Shown piece by piece: positions 12,864-25,651 of a DNA stretch of 64,000 bases. This stretch comes from Octopus vulgaris (lineage: Eukaryota), in the NCBI GenBank assembly GCA_951406725.2, contig OX597822.1, forward strand, positions 61,132,001-61,196,000, in the 5' to 3' direction. Every line of letters starts with the position of its first letter. The first letter of the stretch is position 1. The notes below the pieces were generated by a model, which was given only the letters and a program-made list of their open reading frames with translations, was not told where the DNA came from and ran no database searches. A program made the translations under genes and the position numbers.

Positions 12864-14314
12864 GTAAGATTAATTTCTTTTAACTTTCATCTGTGACGCA
12901 TTATCTAAAGAACGGAAAGTTTTCTTTCCTCTGTCAGGTGGTAAGTTCTGGCGAAAGAATTTGCGTAGTAAACGCAGTTGGTAAAAACCTTCGTCAGTTT
13001 ATTTAAGTATTATTTGAAGATGAATGTGATAGAGAGCGATATGCTGTCCTCCAGTAAATTTTATGAAATTTGTGAGAGAATGGCAAAATTTACATGGCAA
13101 AAGGGATTTAATTACTCTTAACTATGCAGCAAAAAAGAAAAAAAAAAACCCTGGGAGAACGTACTTGCTTTTGGTATGCCAAAACAATCCGTTGATGTGC
13201 GTGATCACCCTACAAGGTTCCACCACTTCAACATTTCGGGAATCCCTTTTACTTATTTTGTACTATAATTATTTATTAAGATTTTGTTGATTTCTCCTAT
13301 TTACTCGATGTAAATACTCCCTCTCTTTTCTGTTTCATTTTCTAATTCGCCTTTGTTCTGCCCTCAACATAAGTACCAGTCAAGCGCGGGGGGTCGATAT
13401 AATCGATTATCCCCCCATAAAATCTTCTAGCCTTTTGCTAAAATTTAAAACCGTTATTGTTATTTAACGAGTGTCCGCTATTTCCGTTTCGAGGTCGAAT
13501 TTATTATTCAGCTAGGTCATAAATATTATGAAAATTGTTCTTTAAAAAATTGACACCAGCTTTAGTTCTTTCTCGGCGCTTAAGTTTTATTTTATTTATT
13601 TTTTTTTTGTGATTATTGTTGTGGTTGCTGGTTCAGGACATAACCATCTCATCAATTTGTTTGTCTAGAACTCCATTATTTCAATGTGTTCTTCCTTTTA
13701 TATTTCAAGACTATCTGGTATGGTTTGGGTTTCTTTTCTTTTCTTTATTTCTAGTAGCTTAACCAAGCAAAGACTCACTCACTGGTTTATATATGTGGCA
13801 GTTTTGTGCTTCAACCACTAGCGCGTTCGAATGGACAAGGGATCTGTGAAATCTACAAATCAAAATTAAATAATTTGTAACAAAAGAAAAAACAAATAAT
13901 AGTGGTGATGAAGACAGTAGTTGTGATTTTAAGGGGTGATTATTTAACTTAGCTCTGGCAGCTCCTGTCACTGCATAGACATTCATGGACATACATTTAT
14001 CTTTGTATCGTGTCCCACCCCCGCACATTCATAATTAGTCAACATAACTTTTTATAACCCTGGGTTCCATAAAATGTGTCAGTAGCTTTTCCTCTGGTCG
14101 GCAAACTTGAATTAAAAGTATTCTTTTTTTTTTTTTTTTCTTAAACGTTTGAGGAGTGTCTTTCAAAAGATGTGCTAGTGCGTGACAGAGAGAGACATAG
14201 GTATGCCAAATATATAATTTAAAATAAGACTTGAGCGTCATTGTACGCCATTATAATTTAATACAATATACTAAACGTCTACTTTTTCACCCTCCAAATT
14301 TGAAGCCTAAAAGA

Positions 14315-15088
14315 TTGAGAACCACTGCATTGGACTGATTTGAACTTTTTTAGCTGCTATTTCGGGCTACTACGTAAAGCTCTCTCATTGGCTCTTATAG
14401 AGTCTTGATAGGTTAAATAGACAAACAAACCTGTTACTCGAACGCTTGAATGCCCACAAACCGTATAAGATTCAACAATATTCAAATAACCCAAGGCGGC
14501 GAGTTGGCGGGCGAAATGCTTAGCAGTATTTCGTTCTGAGTTCAAATTCCGCCGAGGTCGACTTTGCCTTTCATCCTTTCGGGGTCGATTAAATAAGTAC
14601 CAGTTACGCACTGGGGTCGAGCTAATCGATTTAATCCGTTTGTCTGTCCTTGTTTGTCCTCTCTGTGTTTAGCACCTTGTGTGTAGTAAAGAAATTAAGT
14701 ATTTCGTCTGTTTTTACGTTGTGAGTTCAAATTCCGCCGAGGTCGACTTTGCCTTTCATCCTTTCGGGGTCGAGAAATTAATTACCAGTTCCGTACTGGG
14801 GTCGATCTGATCGACTGTCCTCCTTCCCAAAAATTTCGAGCCTTGTGCCTAGAGTTGAAAAGAATATTTAAACAACCCCTTCTTCTGCAAAAATATGTTA
14901 AAATTTAAAATAAGGAGAGATTGCCAAATATTAAATAAAATTTATTGATAAATAAGTAAAAAACGTCTTGCATTCGTCAATTATGCCTGTTGTGATATAA
15001 AATATGTATGAACCAACTCATAACAGATAAGATGAAGAGATCCGTTGCCAGAAGTCGAATCAATTATCGATCGCTATCCTACAGAGAG
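14315..15088 (+). repeat. left arm of local inverted duplication
   Basis: reverse-complement match to 16727-17292, including non-SINE AT-rich sequence. Confidence 0.9.
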
Positions 15089-16726
15089 AGAGAGAGAGAG
15101 CACTAGTCGTTCAGTCTTCATGTTAACATGTTGTTAATACATTATTAATAATATAACGGAGTATTGAACAAAAGTTGAACAAGAAAACATTTACAGCTTT
15201 GCTGATCTGTTATTGTAGAGTTTTTATTTACTACACACACTAACTTTATTTAGCGCCACATACAGAACCGGTTTAAGACCAATTGCTAGGTCTAAGCACA
15301 ATCAAACAATAGCGTATATGTATGTCCTCTACGTCTCGACACCTCCATTGTTAACTGAAACAAAAGATCTAAGTGCTTTGGATGAAATTATAAAAAATTT
15401 ACGTTTCTGTTTGGTCGACCGTCCACCAAGCCAAACCTTACAACTGTATCAAATACAGCCAATTTCATAATTGTGTTCAACAAAGCAATTCATTTACCAA
15501 GCATTGGGTGGGATGAGGGATGCAAACTTCCAACAGTTTCATTCATTAAAACAATATTTTACCGTTCGCACCAGAATAAAATTGCAAAAGCAATTTTCGC
15601 CTCTGCTCTCGATACCCTAAGTACGTCTTTATGTTGATTATTAGTTTAACTGAGTCCGGTCACATGTTGCTATTCTGACACAGATCAGCCATGCTCTAAG
15701 AAGGCCTGTCATAACCATCTTAGCCTTCTCTTTTCAAGACAGTAGAGTGTAATTTGAGAGATTTGTGGATGTTAATTTTAGCAGATGAAGCTACAACGTA
15801 GTCATTCTCAATGACATTGATATATGTACAGGAGAAATTGGCAATATCGATCCTAGTACACAACTGGTAACTATTTTAACGGCTACCGATGTCTTTTGAA
15901 CACAAAATATAAAGAGAGGAAACTAAACTCACAGATTCTGCTACTTCACACGAAATATAAATACCAAATTTATTAAATACAAGCGTAGTACCCGTCGAAA
16001 ATGACGAGGTCTATTTCGTTGCCATTCAGTAATTCTTAATCAATTGCTTCTGTTTCTTGTACTGTGTTGTTTTGCAACACTATTTCCCTGCATGGAATAT
16101 TCAATTCCCATGATAATCTCTGTTTGCTCTGTATGGCCTGGAATAAATTTGTTTATAAGAAATACCTTGTCATCACTTATGCTTCTTCATTGTTCGTGTT
16201 CACTTACATGATTATTTCTTCTCTTCCTCTCCCTTTATATAATTTCTTCTCTTATGCTCTCTCTCAAAATCTCTCGTATACCGACGCATACACTTCAGTA
16301 TTATAAATGCATTTTATCTTTATCATTTACCCATTACAATTGTTTTATCACGTTTCACCTCCAATTTCCCTTCACTCTATTAAAACAGAGCTTTGTCTTC
16401 TTTCAGCTCGCATCTCTTTCGCAAAATTCTCTTATGTATGTATGTATGAACAATTGTCTGAATGCAAGGCAGTCAATGACATTGTTTGGACATCCGATAG
16501 AACGCATTGCAATGTATTGCGTCTCTACTTTTCAGATACTACCAATGTCGATTTAGCCTTTCGTAATTTTAGAAATATATAGTACCTAGCGAATTTTGGA
16601 GAATCTCTCACTCTCTCTTTCTCTCTCTCTTTATAATCTAAATAGGACGTTGCGACGGGTCATAGAATACAATAAAAAAGCACCCAAGTCCTTCCGTAAT
16701 AACTAAGCAAAATTAGAAATTTCCAA

Positions 16727-17292
16727 CTCTCTGTAGGATAGCGATCGATAACTGATTCGACTTCTGGCAACGGATCTCTTCATCTTTTATCTGTTAAAAG
16801 TTGGTTCATATATATTTTATATCACAACAAGGATAATTGACGAATGCAAGACGTTTTTTTTACTTATTTATCAATAAATTTTATTTAATATTTGGCAATC
16901 TTTCCTTATTTTAAATTTTAACATATTTTTGCAGAAGGGGTTGTTTGAATATTCTTTTCTACTCTGGATATAAGGCTCGAAATTTTTGGGGAGGGTGCCA
17001 GTCGATCAGATCAACCCCAGTACGCAACTGGTACTTAATTTCTCAACCCCGAAAGAATGAAAGGCAAAGTCGACTTCGGCGGAAATTGAACTCACAACGT
17101 AAAGACAGACGAAATACTGCTAAGCATTTCGCCCGCCAACTCGCCGCCTTGGGTTGTTTAAATATTGTTGAATCCGATACGGTTGGTGGGCATTCAAGCC
17201 TTCGAGGTTTGGTTGTAAGAGCCAATGAGAGCTTTACGTGGTAGCTCGAAATAGCTAAAAAGTTCAAATCACTCCAACGCAGTGGTTCTCAA
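16727..17292 (-). repeat. right arm of local inverted duplication
   Basis: reverse-complement match to 14315-15088; lacks one ~180-bp SINE unit present in the left arm. Confidence 0.9.
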
Positions 17293-19892
17293 TTTCAGAG
17301 AGAGAGAGAGAGAGAGATCTCATCTACCACTGAAGCTGCAAGATTACACTATCCCACCACAGGCGCCCTCCATAATCTGCTAACAGATGTTACAAAGAGG
17401 CAGATATAGATATCGCATCTGTCTGTGTGTTCTGTTTAGAGATGTATTTGCCAATTCATCCTGTCCTAATTTAAGATGGCAGGGTGCGATTTGAAGAAAA
17501 GTTTGCTATGCTCTACAAGTCGCGTTCACGCAGTGGCTCGAAGTAAACACCGGTGCTGTTGTGTAGCCCCCAACAAACCACCTGTAAAAATAAAATTATG
17601 ATGAAAGGCACTCCAGTCGTGACAATTCCGTGGTTTGTATATTGGGAACTATATTGTTCAATGCAGTCTGGGTGTGATTTGTATAGTTTTGAGAGGCGCT
17701 GTTTTCTGCATATTAAGCGACAACTGCATTATGTGTTGGGTGCTCCAGCATGGACACAGCCTTTGCGCTGAAACATAAAAGAAAACCCTGACATTTCTTA
17801 CGCTGAAAGTGTTAGCCATAACTGCAATACGTCGTGCGGTTTATGTACGTATATAGATTATCGATTTCAGAGTAAAAGAAAGTTGGGTGAGGAACGAAAT
17901 TGTATTAGAAAAGTCAGTAAAAATCTTTTCCCGTTCCATGACAGTAGACCTCATCTGAGATATCACATACTGTGACACCATCTCCATCGACAATTTAGTG
18001 TTAATCACCAGGTTCCGCTGCTTGTCGGGCTGAGAGAAAAAAAACTGTCAAGATATCGGTTGCTTTCCAACAAGTTTATGGTAAGCCTGTGGCAGTTGAG
18101 ACTTGCGGTGTTCTTGGCTCCGGACCATATCCCAACTCATCGGTATCGGGGCAGAGATTACTGTCTGCAAGTGCGAGCCCCATGAATCAGAATGGCAATC
18201 TCCTGGGCGACGCCTTTTCCATTTTGTCTCTTGGTGCCATAAATGTTTATACTTTCTGAGAGACACTTTTATTTTTATTGGAATTAGTTTTTCCTTTATT
18301 TGTATTTAATGCATTTAGTTAGGTATACCTCAGCAAGATATTCGCTTTTTCATGGCATTTTAACAAATTATGAGACCATTTTGCAGAGTTAAATTATCTC
18401 CGTTTAGGAGCATGTTAGACAAGGTCTAAAGGTCTTTGGTTAAATCTCTGGTTTCTGCAAAGTAATGAAGTTTTTTGCTTTGGGATTTACTGATCGAAAT
18501 CTCACTAGTTTCACTTTAGGGAGGATAGACAAGGAAGTTCTTGCGATCACACTGCGCGCACACACATGCATACATGTGATCGTTGTGTGTGCGTGCGCTC
18601 TTTACTCCTGTTCCAGTTATTGGACTGCGGCTATGCTGGAGCCTTATAGATTGAATCTATCCTAGTACTTATTTTACGTTTAGTATTTATTCGATCGGTC
18701 TCTTTTTGCTGGACCTCTAAGTTACGGAACGTAAGGAACTTAATACCAGTTGACAAGTGGTGGAGCAGACCCACACATTCATATGAGCGCGCGCGACGGG
18801 CTTTAAGTAGTTTCCATCAACCAAATACACTGCGTCAGTTAATATATGCATGTGTTCGTGTATATAATAATCTTTAAAGATACTTCTAGTGTTTATCGTT
18901 GTCTGCGTGTTTACGTTCGAATGACAGTATATGTGTGTCTGTTATGGTAAATTACTTATCTAGATTGTGTATTTGTGAATGTACATGCCTTTCATATTTT
19001 ACTCCTCTTTAGTGTTTGTGCAAATGTTTCTTGTTTAATCCTAGGTCAGACCTGATTGAGCAAAGATATTACAGCAATCACTGTCTCATAGTCATACTAC
19101 ATGTAGGCATACCTCAACATAGATCGATAATTGCTTCCAAGAAACAACTTAACACGAAAAGACATTTTCCAAAAAAGTTATGTTTTAATAAATGGTTTCT
19201 ACGTATTTTAACGTGTATTATTTGATATTCCTCCTCGGTAAAGGTATTTAAGTGGGGTTTTTTATTTTCATAATTTTAAATGTTTGGGATCGACGTAGTC
19301 GGATAAAAATCTAATGGAGTCGAGGTTTATTTTTTCCATTGATTTCTTTTCAAAAAGACGTAACTCGAAACTGCGTATGTTATATAGTATGTATAAGACT
19401 ATATTATCAAATGTGGCCTTCTCTAAAACGTAGATACACTGCTATTTCTAGCTAGTAGGACAACCACATAGATGTTCTTATTGACTATATTACATAATTT
19501 TTAGTGTCTACATGTGTGTGTGTGTGTGTGTATATATACACAAATACATGTATGATTGTTTCAATGTCTCCTGTCGTTTGTATGTTTGTGTATGAATATG
19601 ACTATTTCGGATCTGTGTTTGTGAAAAGACGCATTCGTAAACAAAATGAAAGATAGATGTCGCAGAAAAAAAAAAGCGGGTTGTTGTAGTGGTGATGGTG
19701 GTTGTAAGATCCAGCACTGAGTTTCCGAAATGGTGGAAAAGAGGAAGTGGAAAACGACACTTCGTTTTGGATCTAGTAAATAATGATATAATAAATAAAT
19801 ATAATCGATAAATATTGTGTAGGATAGTAGTTATAGGAGGCGCGCTCACACACGCATGCACACATATACACTCAAAATCATGGTACCATCTC

Positions 19893-20075
19893 AGACGTTC
19901 ATAACCAATATTTGGCCTCATTAAGGATACATCGAATCCATGAGCGAACATTGTAGTACTGCTACAACAACCATACCTTCCAGCGACTGCTACAACTGCA
20001 GCATCTACAACAACTAATACCACTACAATCTCATCTTCGTCTTTCAAATTATCTTAAGATCCAAAATCCATTATG
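19893..20075 (+). other. TUBA: gene A proximal first exon (5'UTR plus ATG only; ATG 20073-20075)
   Basis: atccattATG|gtaagatt donor; splicing to 24160 gives MREC; homologous to three other ATG|gtaag exons; start inferred from TCAGAC initiator-like motif. Confidence 0.82.
19917..19944 (+). promoter_or_regulatory. conserved 5'UTR stem-loop, copy 2
   Basis: CTCAT-TAA-GGAT-ACATCGA-ATCC-ATGAG. Confidence 0.7.
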
Positions 20076-21783
20076 GTAAGATTAATTTTAATTATCATCA
20101 GTGATATCATCATTATTATTATAGTGAGTGACCGCTATTTTACGTTTTGAGGTTGAATTTATTATTCAATTAGAAGTAGAATGCTAAAGAAATGTCGGGA
20201 TGGTGAACCGACTTATTTCTTTTTACATTTATAAATTTTGAATTCTTGGTTCTTTTGTGATTATTCTTTTCTTAATTAGCCCTAGGCTAGCCCTGATAGA
20301 TGAGCTCTGTTGATCAGAGGCTTTTAAATCGTGATCATCTCTCTTCTTGCATATCTAGTACTCCACTGTTAAATGTTATATAATTTAGAAGGAAAAATTC
20401 AGTAGGGTGTGATTTAAGTGAAATTTGGCTGTTATTTCTTACAATTCGATCAATCACTTAGGAGCTCTCTCATTTTCTCATTTTTAAATATTTTCAACTG
20501 TTATAAATTCATTTTCATATAAGCAAACAAATGAACAAGAAATCTGTCAATAAAATTATTTATGGCAGTTTGATATAATTATGCTAGTGATTGGTGGTGT
20601 GATTTGATGGCTGTTTTTTTTTTAATGTATTCTGACCATCGTTGTTAACCACTGATGCAGGTCTATCTATACTGTAACCATGACCATCCTGCTTGTATAT
20701 ATACGATTACATTGTCTAATATGTCATCCCCTTTCTTAAGACAAGTAGAGTATGTTTTAAGGGAGATTTGACTGCTATTTCTAGTAGGACAAACTGTTAG
20801 AGAGAGAGAGAGAGCGAGTGACAGAAAATTGTTAATGAAACATAAAGAAACATTGCATAGAACATACAGGTAAATTTACTGTCAATACAAACCTCATTTT
20901 AACATTCATTTTTCTATGCCTGCATGGGTTGGACAAGATTTGTTGAAGCAGATTTTCTACAGCCAGATGCTCTTTCTTCATCTCTTTCCCAATGGCCAGA
21001 CATTTTTCACAGAAGATGGGGAATGATTGATGCTCATTTACAATCATCATGTGAAATCAAACTAAGAGTACACAAACGCATACACACTGCAGGCTTCTTT
21101 CAGTTTCCATCTCCCAAATTCACTCACAAGACTTTGATTGGCCCAAGACTGTACTAGAAGACAATTGCTCCTATACCTGCATCATACTACTAAACATTTC
21201 CAATAAAACAATGCTTCTCAAAATGGGCAGTACTGCCCCATGGGGTAGGAAGTGGGGATAGATGCATATATAGTTTTCTTAGTTTGACCCCCCTATTTAA
21301 ATATTGACTTGAGAAATATTTAAATATATATATATATGCAGACATGGCTGTGTGATAAGAAGCTTATTTCTCAACTACATGGCTCTGGGTTCAGTCCCAC
21401 TGCATGGTACCTTGGACAAGTGCCTTCCACTATAGCCTCAGGCTGATCAAAGCCTTGTGAGTGGATTTGATAGATGGAAACTGAAAGAAGCCCATCGTGT
21501 GTTTGTGTTTGTTGCCCCAACACCACTTGACAACCAGTATTGGTGTGTTTACATCCCCCGTAACTTAGCAGTTTGGCAAGTGACCAATAGAATAAGTACC
21601 AGGCTTTTTTAAAAAAATAAGTACTGGGGTTGATTCATTTGGCTAAAAAATTCTTCAGAGCAGCCCCAGCATGGCCAGTCTAGTGACTGAAACAAATAAA
21701 AGATAGTATTGATAAACATTTGTTAGCCATAAAACATCAACAATAGTAATAGATTTTGAAATGTGAATAAACAAAACAATGTA

Positions 21784-22646
21784 TGAGAGGGTGTCAAAAA
21801 GTTCCCAGACTAGTTTTGTAGTGTACCAATAGATGGCAGCACATGGTTGTGTGCACCGTGAGAGCTAGCAGTGACCTTCATGAAACAGTGTGCTAAGTAA
21901 CATTGCTGGGTTTACTTTGCAAGTTGTGAAATTTGTGTTTTTGTGATCATGTGTATGCTGTAGTCTGCGATTTTGTCATAGATGGGAACAAAGAGAGCCA
22001 ACATGAAATTTTGCTTTAAACTTGATAAGTTTGCTATTGAGACACTAAGCGTGTTTCAGCAAGCTTATGGTGATGAGGCAATGAGTCGTGTGCAATGGTT
22101 CAAGTGGTATGGGTGCTTCAAAAGCAGGAGAACATCCTTGAAAGACAATCTGGGAGATCTGCCATAAGCATCACTCCCAGAAATGTGGTAGTGTGCATCA
22201 AGAATTCATCCCCCAGGGTCAGATCATCAATCGAGAGTTTTGAAGCATTTGAGGGAAGACTTTCGGCAAAAGTGACTGGATCTGTGGAGTGTGAAGAATT
22301 GGCTTCCTCACTGAGCTCTCCTACCTCTTGAGTTTCTCATCAAAAACATATTGCTTCCGTACCTGCTCTATTCACCAGATTTAGCACCTTTGATCTCTTC
22401 CCCAAGATGAAAATGCAACTCAAAAGTTACTGTTTTAATACCATTGTCAAGGTCCAGAGCAAATTGCAGAAGGCTTTCGACTCGCTTATGGAAAACGACT
22501 TCCAGGCCAGATTCCAAAAGTAACAGGAACACTTGGACTGGTGTATTGTGGTGCAAGGTGACCATTTCAAAGGAGTTGATGCTAAAATTTAGATGTTATT
22601 TTTTATTAAACATAACTAGTCCTGGAACATTTTGATGCCACCTATG
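21784..22646 (+). mobile_element. internally deleted mariner (Tc1/mariner) transposon
   Basis: imperfect TIRs with TA flanks; RANMKFCFKL...QQAYGDEAMSR.Q.FKW HTH-like N-terminus and YSPDLAP motif. Confidence 0.85.
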
Positions 22647-24093
22647 TATATAAATTATTAACAAAAGTATAATTTAAAAGACAGGGATACCTGGCTGGCT
22701 GACTGGTCACATACTTCTGTCATTTAGGCACCTCTGATCCAGTCATTTCTCCACTTCTTGTCTTAGTACATCCAACTCTCCCTTTCTTCAGTCATGTTTT
22801 CCTTGCAGGTGTTGACTTACAACATTTGAAACAGAACATTAACAACATCAATATCACCACTCTCAGAAGGCCTGCATTTATTGCTTGCTACTTTTTACCA
22901 TCACTCATTTATTACTACCCTTCACTCTCTTCCATTAATTCTTCCATACCACACTTACACTCTTCTAACTCTTGTTTTCCTCCTCAACCTGTTATACTTT
23001 TTCTGTTCTCTTTTGTTTATTTCCTTGCTCACATTTGCCCTGAACAAATAGGAACAACAAAGAGATCTCTTTTTGCAGCCTTGTATAGGACACGTCAACT
23101 TCTTTAGTGTTGGTGCCATGATAAAATGAACCCAGTATGTTGTTAAGTGGTTGGTGAATGAAATTAAAGAGATTTTTAATCTTGTTGAGGATGTTGCAAA
23201 TTTTATAATACTTGTACGATGTTAAAATCATCTACACTTTGTATAGTTGTAAATATTTGCAAGGACACTTAGCCATAGGAAGCATGGAATAATGAACTAA
23301 ATGCAAGTTTTAGTCTTCTAGCATGTCTAGGAAGGCACTAACTCCAAATATGGATTAACTCAGAATGTGATAACCTGTCCAACTTGTGCCAATATGGCAA
23401 GCAGGTCTAAATTGAGGATTAATGGATATCTATCTTGCTAGTTTAGTGGCTTACCAGCCATTATGATAACAGAATCCATAAAGAAAAGGAACATGTCTAA
23501 TGGTTACAAGAGTTACATGACTTAAGTAATTTGCTTTGTAATCATGTGGTGCAAGGTTCAGTCCCATTTACCTGGTATCTTGGACAAGTTCTTTGACTTT
23601 CAGGTCAACCCAAGATTTGTGAGTAAAGTTGGGTAAGTAGAAACTGTAGAAGCCTATTGGATTGTACATTGTGATACAAAATAAACCAGCTTTATCACCC
23701 TGTGTCAAGCTAGATCTGATTGACAGTTATGTTCAGAGAGCATGTATTTATGGAATACTTGATCACTTACACAGTAATTCTATAAGTAGGTAGTTCAATG
23801 ATTAAAGAATGCATTGATGGAATCAACTAAATTCCATTGATGTTTTTATATCAACTTAATGATTCATTCATCTCTAGGGTCCAATAAAGTTAAGCCTAAT
23901 AAAAACTGTCTCCAGGGTTATCTCTCATACTTGCCATTGATTATTGAAATTACGTTATTGATCAGAAGTCTTTTCCTAACTACAGAATTATTTCAGATGA
24001 CATTTTTAATGTTCATTATATATATATATATATATAAATGTGAATTTACTACATACATATACTCGTGTAGAGATGATGTTTATGTATGCTTAG

Positions 24094-25612
<1,519 letters not shown>

Positions 25613-25645
25613 ATCACTCAGTGATATTGTGACCACTCTCCAACA

Positions 25646-25651
25646 AATAAA
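25646..25651 (+). terminator. polyadenylation signal of gene A
   Basis: AATAAA about 34 nt after the stop, followed by a U-rich tract. Confidence 0.7.

Noticed and set aside
18078-18085. Additional ATG|GTAAG strings (18078 on +, ~38827 on -) as further first exons
   Set aside because: No hairpin, initiator or UTR homology with the four supported exons
19508-20047. 179-aa minus-strand ORF over the gene A proximal exon
   Set aside because: Low-complexity antisense frame across the promoter/UTR with no recognisable domain
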